Below, in pieces: positions 10,104 to 19,948 of a stretch of DNA of 64,000 nt. This DNA is from an uncultured bacterium (lineage in GTDB: Bacteria; Zixibacteria; MSB-5A5; UBA10806): positions 160,001 through 224,000 of the forward strand of contig CBEUCH010000001.1 in NCBI GenBank assembly GCA_965541585.1. Reading direction: 5' to 3'. Position numbers and translations under genes: made by a program. How positions within the stretch are numbered: position 1 is the stretch's first letter; each line of letters begins with the position of its first letter. Below the pieces are notes generated by a model. That model ran no database searches. It saw only the letters and a list, made by a program, of their open reading frames with translations, and was not told where the DNA came from.

Positions 10104-11759
10104 ATGGACCTGAGTAATATAAAAGCCCCTCGCGGTAATAAGATTTCATGCAAGAGCTGGCAGCAGGAGGGGGCTTTGAGGATGCTTCTAAACAACCTGG
10201 ATTCTGAAGTCGCCGAGAAGCCGGAGGAGCTGGTTGTTTACGGCGGTATTGGCAGAGCCGCCAGAAACAAGGAATGTCTGGAGGCGATTATATCATCGCT
10301 AAAATCTCTTGAGAACGATGAGACGCTTCTGGTTCAATCCGGCAAACCGGTGGGGATTTTCAAAACGCATGAGTATTCTCCCAGGGTACTTTTGGCCAAT
10401 TCGAACCTGGTACCCAACTGGGCTACCTGGGAGGTCTTCAGGGAGCTTGATAAGCTGGGGCTTATAATGTTCGGGCAGATGACCGCGGGTTCATGGATTT
10501 ATATCGGTACACAGGGGATATTGCAGGGAACATACGAAACCTTCGCCGCCGCCGGTCAGAAGCATTTCAAGAGCGATCTGTCCGGCAAGTTCATCTTAAC
10601 CGGCGGCATGGGCGGGATGGGCGGTGCCCAGCCGCTGGCGGCAACCATGAACGGGGGGACCATCCTGGTGGTGGAAGTCGACGAAGCGCGTATTGACCGC
10701 AGGATAGCCACCGGCTATTGCGATAAGAAAACCGCTTCAATCGACGAAGCTTTGAGGTGGATTGACGATGCCGTGAAATCCGGAACGCCTTTATCGGTGG
10801 GATTGGTCGGCAATTGCGCCGAAATCGTGCCGGAACTGGTGAAAAGAGATGTGGTGCCGGATATAGTCACCGATCAAACCTCGGCGCATGATGAACTGAA
10901 CGGTTATGTGCCGCATGGAATCCCTTATAAGGAGGCGCTGGCTCTCAGGGAATCCGATCCCGATAAATATATGAAAATGGCCTTCGATTCCATGGCGATT
11001 CATACACAGGCTATTCTGGATCTGCAAAAGAAAGGCTCGATCTGTTTTGATTATGGCAACAACCTTCGCGGCCAGGCCGAGAAAGCCGGCGTGAAAAACG
11101 CATTCGACTATCCGGGATTCGTACCGGCCTATATCCGGCCGCTGTTCTGCGAGGGCAAAGGTCCGTTCAGGTGGGTCGCTCTCTCCGGCGATCCTGAGGA
11201 TATCGCGGTGACCGATGATGCCGTCTTGCGGCTCTTCCCCGAGAATGAGCACCTGGTGCGCTGGATAAAGCTGGTTTCGGAAAAAGTCGAATTCCAGGGA
11301 TTGCCGGCCCGGATATGCTGGCTGGGCTATGGGGAAAGAGATAAGCTGGGGCTCGAATTTAACAAACTCGTTCGTGACGGTAAGATCTCAGCGCCTATTG
11401 TGATCGGTCGCGATCATCTCGATTGCGGCTCGGTGGCCTCACCCAACCGCGAGACGGAGGCTATGAAAGACGGTTCCGACGCTATCGCCGACTGGCCGCT
11501 ACTGAATGCCATGCTGAATACGGCCTCGGGGGCGTCGTGGGTCTCGATTCATCATGGTGGTGGGGTCGGCATGGGCCTGGCGATCCATGCAGGGCAGGTG
11601 CTGGTCTGCGACGGCACCAAGGGGATGGATAGCCGTATCGAGCGAGTGTTGACCAACGATCCCGGTATCGGCATCGCCCGCCACGTGGATGCCGGCTATG
11701 ACGAGGCGATCAGAGTCGCCGATAGCAAAGGTGTGAATATACCGATGAGGAGGAAGTGA
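10104..11759 (+). CDS. hutU: Urocanate hydratase
   Basis: [44 protein letters not shown] motifs. Confidence 0.98.
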   Translation: MDLSNIKAPRGNKISCKSWQQEGALRMLLNNLDSEVAEKPEELVVYGGIGRAARNKECLEAIISSLKSLENDETLLVQSGKPVGIFKTHEYSPRVLLANSNLVPNWATWEVFRELDKLGLIMFGQMTAGSWIYIGTQGILQGTYETFAAAGQKHFKSDLSGKFILTGGMGGMGGAQPLAATMNGGTILVVEVDEARIDRRIATGYCDKKTASIDEALRWIDDAVKSGTPLSVGLVGNCAEIVPELVKRDVVPDIVTDQTSAHDELNGYVPHGIPYKEALALRESDPDKYMKMAFDSMAIHTQAILDLQKKGSICFDYGNNLRGQAEKAGVKNAFDYPGFVPAYIRPLFCEGKGPFRWVALSGDPEDIAVTDDAVLRLFPENEHLVRWIKLVSEKVEFQGLPARICWLGYGERDKLGLEFNKLVRDGKISAPIVIGRDHLDCGSVASPNRETEAMKDGSDAIADWPLLNAMLNTASGASWVSIHHGGGVGMGLAIHAGQVLVCDGTKGMDSRIERVLTNDPGIGIARHVDAGYDEAIRVADSKGVNIPMRRK

Positions 11760-11777
11760 ATCACTACGTTTAAAAGC

Positions 11778-11803
11778 GGGGTCAGGAACCCCTTCCTGAC
11801 CCC
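11778..11803. repeat. REP-like palindrome, left of RAYT
   Basis: GGGGTCAGGAA-CCCC-TTCCTGACCCC perfect 11-bp stem. Confidence 0.8.
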
Positions 11804-11805
11804 TC

Positions 11806-12405
11806 ATGGGAAAAAGTATGAGAAGTCGAAAACGAAATAATTTTGAAAGTCACGGCGACCTATTCTTCGTTACTTCGACCGTTGTAGGATTTGTCAAACT
11901 CTTTGATTTGAAGTCTCTATGCGATATAATGATTGAAAACCTGAATTATTATCAAAATAGGGCTGATTTCACTGTTATCGCTTATGTCATAATGCCGGAT
12001 CATTTTCATCTTATCATAAAAACCAACAAGGACTTATCAGTATCACAATGTATTGGGAATTTTAAGCATATCACCTCAAGGAAGATAACTTCGGAATTGG
12101 AGAAAAAAGGGAATAAAAAGCTAATATCATCCCTTAGTAAGAACGCTTTGCTGGAGCCGTCGTCGGATAGCAGGGTATGGAAATATCGTTTTGACTCTTT
12201 TGTTCTTACAAATGAGGATACATTACGCCAGAAGATTGAATATATTCATAATAATCCTGTAAAGTCCGGCTTGGTTTCGGAACCGACGGAATGGCGATGT
12301 ACAAGCGCTCGAAATTATGCGGGATTGGATGATGTCTTACTCCCGGTTGACGTGGAATGGAGATGTTTGGATTATGGCTTTGTACCGTCAGGAAAGGGTT
12401 CCTGA
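11806..12405 (+). mobile_element. REP-associated tyrosine transposase (RAYT, Y1 HUH family)
   Basis: FFVTST, YVIMPDHFH (HUH), YIHNNPVKSGL...W..TSA motifs; AT-richer than flanks; flanked by related palindromes. Confidence 0.9.
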
Positions 12406-12408
12406 CGG
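12385..12408. repeat. REP-like palindrome, right of RAYT (inverted relative to left copy)
   Basis: CCGTCAGGAA-AGGG-TTCCTGACGG. Confidence 0.8.
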
Positions 12409-12409
12409 C

Positions 12410-12574
12410 GCGGGGAATAATCCCGATGGTAAGTTGATGTGTTTGAAAAATACAGATATGGCAGTTATCGAAATTAAATATGATGAAAACGGTGCGATTC
12501 CAGAAACGACATATTATGACGCCGATATGGAGATTGTCAGAGTTTCTCCCGAAGATAGCAGCGATGTCAGGTAG
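12410..12574 (+). pseudogene. Probable 3' gene remnant (YD/MORN-like repeat fragment)
   Basis: DGKL...AVIEIKYDENGAIPETTYYDAD; starts right after the REP hairpin and ends 6 nt before hutI. Confidence 0.4.
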
Positions 12575-12580
12575 GTCTAC

Positions 12581-13849
12581 ATGCAAACCCTCACAGCCTC
12601 TTTAATCATCAAGAACGCCTCGCAGCTGGTCACCATGCACGATCAGAAGAAGATCGGGCCGAAGGGCGGCAAGCTGATGCGGGAACTCAACATAATCAAG
12701 AACGGGGCGGTGGCCATCTACGGCTCGCGGATCGTGGCGGTAGGTGAAACAAAGAGCATACTCAAAAAGGTTAAGATTACAAAGGGGACGCGAATATTCG
12801 ATGCAGGGAAGAAGGTGGTCACGCCGGGGCTGATCGATCCCCACACGCATCCGGTTTTTGCGGGGCAACGTTCGGCGGAGTTCGAGATGCGGATCGCGGG
12901 GAAATCATACATGGAGATCGCCAAGGCCGGCGGCGGGATCAATTCGACAGTGAAATCGGTCCGCAAAGCGTCGAAAAATAAACTCAAGGAGAATGGACGG
13001 AAGATCCTCGATAAAATGCTCTCTTATGGCACCACGACAATCGAGGCCAAATCGGGTTATGGTCTGACCACCAGAGATGAGATCAAGCAATTGCAGGCGA
13101 TAAAGGAGTTGAACCAGGAGCACGAGATAGATCTGGTGCCGACTTTTCTGGGAGCACATGAGATCCCTCCGGAGTATAAAAGGAACCCGGATGCTTATGT
13201 CAGCCTGGTCTGCACGGAGATGATCCCGAAGGTTGTTTCGAAAAATCTGGCGGTTTTTTGCGACGTGTTCTGCGAAAGAGGCGTTTTCACTACCAAACAG
13301 ACGAGAGTGATCTTGCAGACGGCCCAGGCGTTCGGATTGAGAGCCAAGCTTCACGCCGACGAGCTTCACAACACCGGCGGAGCGGAGTTGGCGGCGGAGT
13401 TCGGGGCGGCATCGGCCGATCATCTGGTCTGTGTCAACGATGAGGGGATTCACCTGATGCAGAAAACGGGGGTGATACCGGTTCTCCTGCCGGGCACGAC
13501 TTTTTATCTGGGATTGGATGAAGACGCGCCCGCCGGAAAAATGATCGATAAAGGATTACCAGTGGCCCTGGCCACGGACTGCAATCCGGGCTCATCGATG
13601 ACCGAGTCGATGCAGATGATTATGACGCTGGGCTGTCTCAAATACAACATGTCTCCGGCCGAGGTTCTTACGGCATCGACATTGAACGCCGCCTATGCAA
13701 TCTGTAAGGAGAGCGAGACGGGGTCTCTGGCCCCCGGCAAATGGGCCGACCTGGTTGTATGGGATGCCGAGGATTATCGTGAGATTCCATATCATTTCGG
13801 CGGCAATATGGTTACCAACGTATTCAAGCGAGGGGAGAAGGTCCGGTGA
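12581..13849 (+). CDS. hutI: Imidazolonepropionase
   Basis: DPHTH, GGGINSTV, GTTTIEAKSGYGL, FLGAH, HADEL, ATDCNPGS motifs. Confidence 0.97.
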   Translation: MQTLTASLIIKNASQLVTMHDQKKIGPKGGKLMRELNIIKNGAVAIYGSRIVAVGETKSILKKVKITKGTRIFDAGKKVVTPGLIDPHTHPVFAGQRSAEFEMRIAGKSYMEIAKAGGGINSTVKSVRKASKNKLKENGRKILDKMLSYGTTTIEAKSGYGLTTRDEIKQLQAIKELNQEHEIDLVPTFLGAHEIPPEYKRNPDAYVSLVCTEMIPKVVSKNLAVFCDVFCERGVFTTKQTRVILQTAQAFGLRAKLHADELHNTGGAELAAEFGAASADHLVCVNDEGIHLMQKTGVIPVLLPGTTFYLGLDEDAPAGKMIDKGLPVALATDCNPGSSMTESMQMIMTLGCLKYNMSPAEVLTASTLNAAYAICKESETGSLAPGKWADLVVWDAEDYREIPYHFGGNMVTNVFKRGEKVR

Positions 13850-14337
13850 GAATCAAGCTCGTATCGGTGGCAGCGATCATAATGCTTTTCACTATTTCGT
13901 GCGGAATATATACATTCTCACCATCGGCTCTCGGCGATGTCAAGTCTCTGGCCATACCTCTTTTTGAGAATCAGACGACCGAAAGCGGACTGCGCGAGGA
14001 TCTGACAGATCGATTGTCTCAAGCTTTCGTCGATGATAACACTTTGAAAGTGGTGCCGGAGAGCCGCGCCGATGGCATTATACGCGGTTCGGTTGTCTCA
14101 TATCGCCGCGAGGCCTATACTTACAGCGAGGCCGAGGTGGTCAGCGAATATATAGTCCGCATCGGGATAAATGTTGACTTTGTTGAAAAGAAGAGCGGGG
14201 AAGTCATCTGGGAAGAGAAGAATATGTCGAACTGGGGCACCTACGATTCGGCCACGCAGGGCGAGGACGACGGCAAAGAGATGGCTATCGGCAAGCTTGT
14301 CGAGGATATATTGAACAAGACTGTAAAGGGATGGTAA
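13846..14337 (+). CDS. lptE: LptE family lipoprotein
   Basis: Lipobox ISC-GIYTF, IPLFENQT motif, C-terminal W typical of FCB-group LptE. Confidence 0.75.
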   Translation: MRIKLVSVAAIIMLFTISCGIYTFSPSALGDVKSLAIPLFENQTTESGLREDLTDRLSQAFVDDNTLKVVPESRADGIIRGSVVSYRREAYTYSEAEVVSEYIVRIGINVDFVEKKSGEVIWEEKNMSNWGTYDSATQGEDDGKEMAIGKLVEDILNKTVKGW

Positions 14338-14364
14338 TAATAACCGTTCGGGAAGAGGTTTCAA

Positions 14365-15372
14365 ATGAAAATTAGAGGCGCATTAATCATCGTGATTGCT
14401 TTATTGATAGCGCAGGGGCTGTTTGTGCGGAACATTTCGGCCATCAATTCGAATGCCGGGACATCGGCCTATACCTTCCTGAAAATAGGGACCGGAGCCA
14501 AATCTCAGGCCCTGGGCGGGGCCTTCGTTGGACTTGCCGACGATGAGACCGCCCTGTTCTACAATCCCGCAGGGCTGACCTCCGATGGAGAAAGCTTCGA
14601 AATATACGACGACCTGCTAGATGTCCCCGAGAGGGAACAGGTCCTAAACCGGTTCACCGCATCCTATATAAACTACCTCCTCGATTTTCAGTATGGTTTT
14701 GTCGGCTATATTAGAAGTCTGGATGATAAAACATCGGCGGGGCTGTCAATTGCCTATCAGAACTACGGCACCTTCAACCGGCTCGATGCCGCGGGAGACA
14801 AAACCGGTACTTTCGGCGCATCCGATATAGCGATTGGCCTAACTTATTCGAAGCGGGTAAGGACAAATCTGTCCCTGGGCGGAACGGGGAAATTCATTTA
14901 CGAGAGGATCGATACCTATTCGTCAAACGGCCTGGCACTGGATGCCGGTCTTATGTATCTGGCGGCCGACGATGGTTCCACCAGGATCGGCTTTGCCCTG
15001 ACGAATTTCGGCGCTCAGCTTTCGGGTCTTACCGAAACTCATAAAGATAAGCTCCCCACCAAAGCTGCCATAGGCCTGTCGCATAAGCTTCGAGGTCTGC
15101 CAACGGTTTTCACCACGGAGATCGGCAAGCCGTTCGATAATGAGTTTTATCTATCACTGGGGATCGAGATGGTTTCGCTCAGGCCGTTCTTTTTGAGAAT
15201 CGGCTGGACCAGTGCCGGCAGAGATTACAAGACCGGCTCCGACGGGGACAATCTGGCCGGTTTCGCGGGCGGGTTCGGCTACAGCTATAGAGAGTATACA
15301 ATAGACTACTCGTACTCATCCTATGCTGATCTCGGTACGGTGCACCGGGTTTCGCTGGGGGCGGGGTTTTAG
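14365..15372 (+). CDS. PorV/PorQ family outer-membrane beta-barrel
   Basis: FLKIGTGAKSQALGGAF, FYNPAGL, DLGTVHRVSLGAGF. Confidence 0.85.
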   Translation: MKIRGALIIVIALLIAQGLFVRNISAINSNAGTSAYTFLKIGTGAKSQALGGAFVGLADDETALFYNPAGLTSDGESFEIYDDLLDVPEREQVLNRFTASYINYLLDFQYGFVGYIRSLDDKTSAGLSIAYQNYGTFNRLDAAGDKTGTFGASDIAIGLTYSKRVRTNLSLGGTGKFIYERIDTYSSNGLALDAGLMYLAADDGSTRIGFALTNFGAQLSGLTETHKDKLPTKAAIGLSHKLRGLPTVFTTEIGKPFDNEFYLSLGIEMVSLRPFFLRIGWTSAGRDYKTGSDGDNLAGFAGGFGYSYREYTIDYSYSSYADLGTVHRVSLGAGF

Positions 15373-15375
15373 AAT

Positions 15376-16128
15376 TTGCAGGCAGTTTCCAGGACCATAC
15401 ACGGTATCGTCGTTCGGGTCTCAATGATTTCCGTTTTTGCCATGCTTTTTGTTTTGGCCGCTTCATCCGGTGGCGAAGATGCGGATATTGATTATCTTGA
15501 AGGCGTTGCGCGGGTTCGAAAGGCAGGCTCGGAGGGATGGCTAAAGATCGGGGAATCGACGATAATATCGACAGGCGACAGTGCGATGACGCTGGCCGAT
15601 TCTCGCTTTGAAGTGCTTATACCGAAGAACGGAGTTTTCAGGATGGGACCGGCTTCAAGTGTTCTGTTTGATAGTGACTTGGCCGCCTGGTATACTTTTC
15701 CCGAACTGGTATCGGGTGATATCTGGGGGGTATTTCAATACGAAGATAACAGGGTTTTACGTTCCTTGCCTCGCACTATGCTTCCCGTTGCCGAGATAAT
15801 GACAGATAGCGCGGTGGCCCGATTTTCGGCCGGTAACGATTGCTCAGCGGAGATAAAGGTATACAGTGGCCATCTTCAAGTAATTCGTAGAAAATGGTTC
15901 GGTTATCAGGTGGAACGCGAAGGAGAAGAAATAGAACGGCATCCCTGTCGAGCAGATTTTTCAGAGCCGGATTCTCTCCGGAACTGGAAGGTCACTCTTG
16001 GGGCGGGTGATAAACTAATTCTGTCATCAAAAGGGCATATAGTCTATCAGGGCTCATTCCATCCAGATGACCCGGATGAAGACACCGACTGGGTGCACTG
16101 GAATAAAGAGAGAGATCAAAGCAGATAA
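15376..16128 (+). CDS. FecR-domain-like exported protein (start uncertain)
   Basis: LEG-ARVRK...W...GD...T...SRFEV...RMGPAS pattern; KVYSG. Confidence 0.6.
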   Translation: MQAVSRTIHGIVVRVSMISVFAMLFVLAASSGGEDADIDYLEGVARVRKAGSEGWLKIGESTIISTGDSAMTLADSRFEVLIPKNGVFRMGPASSVLFDSDLAAWYTFPELVSGDIWGVFQYEDNRVLRSLPRTMLPVAEIMTDSAVARFSAGNDCSAEIKVYSGHLQVIRRKWFGYQVEREGEEIERHPCRADFSEPDSLRNWKVTLGAGDKLILSSKGHIVYQGSFHPDDPDEDTDWVHWNKERDQSR

Positions 16129-16178
16129 CCAATTAGATTTTAAAATAGGCCAATATAGCATGAATATTTATACACTAT

Positions 16179-17483
16179 TTATTTAGAGGGCTTTTCGACC
16201 TTCAATTTCTTTACGCGGTGGCCTTTCTTTTCCAGAATAGTAATCTTTAAATCGGCGATATCGATAATTTCGCCCAGTTCCGGTATGCGATCGATTTTGT
16301 CTATCAGCATGCCTGTGATTGATTCGAATTCACCCTCGGGAGGCTTTGTCCCGAATCTCTCGCAAACAATATCAGCATCAACGGAGCCCCGGACGATGGC
16401 TGTCCCGTCCGGCTGCATAATGATGGCCTCGTCCTCCGTGTCGTATTCGTCCTGGATTTCCCCGACGATTTCCTCCAGGATATCCTCCAGCGTTATGATA
16501 CCCGCGGTACCGCCGAAATCATCGAGGACGACGGCCATATGAGTTCTATCCCGCTGCATATCTTTGAGAATCTCGGAAATCTTCCTGGAGTCCGGCACGA
16601 ATAACGGATCGCGCATAATATCTTTTAAGATGATCAGTCCTCCGGTTCTAAAGACGTTCAAGATATCCCGGACATTGAGTATTCCCTTGATATTATCGAA
16701 GTTTTCGTCGTAGACGGGTAGCCGCGAATACGGTTCCATGGTGGCGGTCTTAAGAATCTCCTCGGAGGGGGAATTGATCTCTATGGCCATCATCTCCGTT
16801 CGAGGGGTCATGGCGTTGCGGGCGACGATGTCCGAAAACTCAAATACGGAATGGATCATCTTATGTTCGCCAGGTTCGAATACACCCTGCTTGAGGCCCT
16901 CGGTCAGTATGATCTTAACCTCTTCCTCGGTGACTACATGATCTTTTCTAATCTCCGGTGAGATCCCTATCGCCCTTAAACAGAGATTTGTTGACCATGT
17001 CAGGAAATTTATGAATATACTCAGCAACTTGAGAGACCACCATGTCCCGGGGCCGACCCAGAGGGCGATTTTTTCGGAATATCGAATAGCCAGAGCCTTG
17101 GGGACAAGCTCAGCCAGAACGAGAAAAGTATACGAGATCACTATAACTACGAGTATTATCGAGATCGATTCGGCGGCCTGGCTTATTGCCACAATGGGAA
17201 CAGATTCTATAAGTGGCTTAACGACCAGGATTGCGGTGGCGCCACCCAGTGCGCTTGCGGCCGAGGCGGTTACAGTCATGCCGATCTGGACAATGGCAAA
17301 GAAATTATCGGGATTATTCTTAAGCTTTTGTACGAATACAGCCTTGGAATCGCCAGCCTCGGCTAATTCCCTTATACGGCTTTTCCGAAGGGCTATAATC
17401 GCGATTTCCGAAGCGGAGAAAAATCCTGATATAAAAACCAGAATCAGGATTATTACTATTTCAAGCCAGAATTTTAGGTCCAT
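16179..17483 (-). CDS. HlyC/CorC (CNNM-CBS-CorC) family transporter
   Basis: GFFSASEIA, AELVPK, MTPR, YSRLPVY, DDFGGTAGIITLEDILEEIVGEIQDEYD. Confidence 0.93.
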   Translation of the reverse strand: MDLKFWLEIVIILILVFISGFFSASEIAIIALRKSRIRELAEAGDSKAVFVQKLKNNPDNFFAIVQIGMTVTASAASALGGATAILVVKPLIESVPIVAISQAAESISIILVVIVISYTFLVLAELVPKALAIRYSEKIALWVGPGTWWSLKLLSIFINFLTWSTNLCLRAIGISPEIRKDHVVTEEEVKIILTEGLKQGVFEPGEHKMIHSVFEFSDIVARNAMTPRTEMMAIEINSPSEEILKTATMEPYSRLPVYDENFDNIKGILNVRDILNVFRTGGLIILKDIMRDPLFVPDSRKISEILKDMQRDRTHMAVVLDDFGGTAGIITLEDILEEIVGEIQDEYDTEDEAIIMQPDGTAIVRGSVDADIVCERFGTKPPEGEFESITGMLIDKIDRIPELGEIIDIADLKITILEKKGHRVKKLKVEKPSK

Positions 17484-17729
17484 CTAAAGGTCCAGTTTAG
17501 AGCCCCTCTCTGGCGTAACCTTCCAGACGGGGGTTGTCTCCTTCATCGTTTTTTTTGCCCTGTATATGGCCGGAACGATTTTATCAGAAAACCAGTAAAC
17601 TCCCAAATTCATGATGAGGGTCATGATGAAAGCGAATGTGACCCCGCTACGGTCGCCGATCAGATAACCGATGAAAATCAAAAGGAGAGTCAATACGACG
17701 AATAACAGCGCGGTTTTAAAAGTGTTCAT
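17484..17729 (-). pseudogene. htpX: Truncated HtpX protease (N-terminal two TM helices only)
   Basis: MNTFKTALLF...MNLGVYWFSDKIV-..YRAK matches the HtpX N-terminus; stops at 81 aa without HExxH. Confidence 0.75.
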
Positions 17730-17917
17730 CTAATTCTCCCGGAGACATAAGATACAATCTCGGATACAATAGCGTCAAGTCAAACCGTTGCAGCATAAAC
17801 TCCAATGCCCCGAAAACTATCTTCCCGGACGCATTCTTATGCTGCATATAGACGGTATCTGTTTCATGCCTGCCGCTTTGAGTTTTTATTACTTTCCTCG
17901 CAAATGAGTTAAAGGCA

Positions 17918-18895
17918 TCAGCTGAAAAATGAGTAGAATATAAAGGAGAAATATCCCAGCAGAAAGAATAGTCCTATCAGCCGTGAGGTCCTGATATTCT
18001 CTTTTAAGACAGGAAATACCGCTATGGTAAACAAGAGCATAATCGGCATATTGATATATATATCCCTTTTCTCTACAGGTACAGGTAGAATAAGCGCCGC
18101 CACACCGAGTATAAGAAGCGTATTGAACGTATTGCTTCCCAGAACCATGCCCAAATTAATCCTTTCTTCCTTTTTTATAGACGCAACAACCGAAACGACA
18201 AGTTCAGGCAATGAAGTACCGAGTGCTACTATTGAAAGGCCGATGACCATCTGGCTCACGCCAATTGATGTCGCTATAGATACAGCGCTTTTGACCAATA
18301 GATATGAACCGGCCAGGAGCACCGTTAAGCCAATCAGAGAAAATAGCAGGTTATATAATGGTCTTTTTTCTTTGGTCTTCCGGCTTATGATGCTTTCAAT
18401 CTTTTTCTCCGTCTCCTCTATCTCTTTTTCGAACTTTCTGAGCATCCTCTTGCGCACGGTCATGATGTTGTAAGAGATGAAAACGATAAATAAGGCAATC
18501 AGTATAAGGCCGTCGAAGCGGCCAATGGAGCCATCGAGGCTAATGATGAACAATACTAATGAAACAACGACCAGAAACGGAAATTCTCTTCTCACAGCTT
18601 TTTCTTCCGGCTTGGGCGGGAAGAATAAAATTACCAGTCCCAATATCAAACCTATGTTAGCGATATTGCTGCCGATAACATTTCCCAAGGCGATGGCGCT
18701 ATTTTTCTCAAGCGAGGCAATGGTACTTACCAGGAGCTCCGGGGCAGACGTTCCGAAAGCAACAACGGTCGAACCGATAATAAGCGGTGAAATACCGATA
18801 CCTTTTGCCAACCATGAACTATGAGAAACCAACCGTTCCGCTCCCCAGTACAGTAAGGCGATACTGACGATGAGCAAGAGGATATCAATGATCAT
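17918..18895 (-). CDS. Calcium/sodium antiporter (YrbG, CaCA family)
   Basis: Alpha repeats FGTSAPEL..GNVIGSNIAN and LGTSLPEL..GSNTFN. Confidence 0.93.
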   Translation of the reverse strand: MIIDILLLIVSIALLYWGAERLVSHSSWLAKGIGISPLIIGSTVVAFGTSAPELLVSTIASLEKNSAIALGNVIGSNIANIGLILGLVILFFPPKPEEKAVRREFPFLVVVSLVLFIISLDGSIGRFDGLILIALFIVFISYNIMTVRKRMLRKFEKEIEETEKKIESIISRKTKEKRPLYNLLFSLIGLTVLLAGSYLLVKSAVSIATSIGVSQMVIGLSIVALGTSLPELVVSVVASIKKEERINLGMVLGSNTFNTLLILGVAALILPVPVEKRDIYINMPIMLLFTIAVFPVLKENIRTSRLIGLFFLLGYFSFIFYSFFS

Positions 18896-19017
18896 AATAG
18901 AAGCCCGATAATCTCGATAGTATTGCCATATTCAAGCTTGATGCCGGCAGTATCAAAACGGCTCGATTTCCAGGGATTGGCTATGGCGGTGGTTGTAAGA
19001 ATTAGAGGCCATCCAGA

Positions 19018-19923
19018 TCAACCGCGGATTATCTTGGAGACTATGTCGGATCGGGAGAGAACACCGACCAGTCTATCGTCTTTTACGACCATGACACGTT
19101 CGGCATCTTTGAATAGCATCAGGGCCGCGGCTTCGACGACCTGCGCCCGCTGCGAGATTGTCGCTATGTCCCGGTTCATGACATCCTTGACGCGGACCTT
19201 ATCTTCCTGCCTGAGAAGATCCTCGAACGGCTCCAGTTCCGGCAGGTGGGCCAGGTTGGCAATAAAACTTTCATAATCAGGCAATGCGAATTCCAGAAGG
19301 TCTTTTTCGGAGATCTCACCCACTATTTTTCCATCTGCATCGACTACCGGCAGACCGTCCACCTTATGCTTGAACATGATGTTCGCCACGTTTTTCAGGG
19401 AGTCATCCGGGGAAACGGTAGGAGTTTTCTCAGTCATAATATCCGCAACGATTAAGGCTTTCTGAACCCTTATACCGGCGTTTTCTATTACGCTGATAAG
19501 TTCTCCGGGCGAACTAACCGCGGCGATCTTATCGATGATCTTCGGCCGGCGGGCGAAATTGGCGAGGCCGGATAAGGTCTGTAGATAGAGTTTTGAGATA
19601 TTTCTCGGGGTTAGCAAAAGACATATCGCTTTTAGCGGGATACTGTCAGAGGCATCGGTGTCGATTCCCTCCCTTATGATTCCCAGGACGATATGAAGAT
19701 CATCCACGGCGTCGGTACGTGCGTGGGGAAAGGCGAAACCTCGCCCGAAGGATGTGGAGCCATACCCCTCCCTCTCCATCACGGCCGTTAGTATCTGGTT
19801 CATGTTCTTGTCGGGATGTTTCTTGCAGAAGAGATTGGCCAGATGCTCGACGGCCTTATCCTTAGTTTTAACTCTCATATCCACGTCGATTAAATCATCA
19901 TGGAAAAACCGGGCCAGATTCAT
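19018..19923 (-). CDS. PTS EIIA (Ntr/Fru-type) domain fused to a CBS pair
   Basis: REGYGST..GRGFAFPHAR with phospho-His; VADIMT...LPVVD and VKDVMN CBS motifs. Confidence 0.88.
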   Translation of the reverse strand: MNLARFFHDDLIDVDMRVKTKDKAVEHLANLFCKKHPDKNMNQILTAVMEREGYGSTSFGRGFAFPHARTDAVDDLHIVLGIIREGIDTDASDSIPLKAICLLLTPRNISKLYLQTLSGLANFARRPKIIDKIAAVSSPGELISVIENAGIRVQKALIVADIMTEKTPTVSPDDSLKNVANIMFKHKVDGLPVVDADGKIVGEISEKDLLEFALPDYESFIANLAHLPELEPFEDLLRQEDKVRVKDVMNRDIATISQRAQVVEAAALMLFKDAERVMVVKDDRLVGVLSRSDIVSKIIRG

Positions 19924-19948
19924 TTTTTTGCTCCCTGTCCTCTTCCGT

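Noticed and set aside
11806..12405. IS200/IS605 element with TnpB
   Set aside because: No tnpB. Motifs and inverted flanking palindromes fit RAYT.
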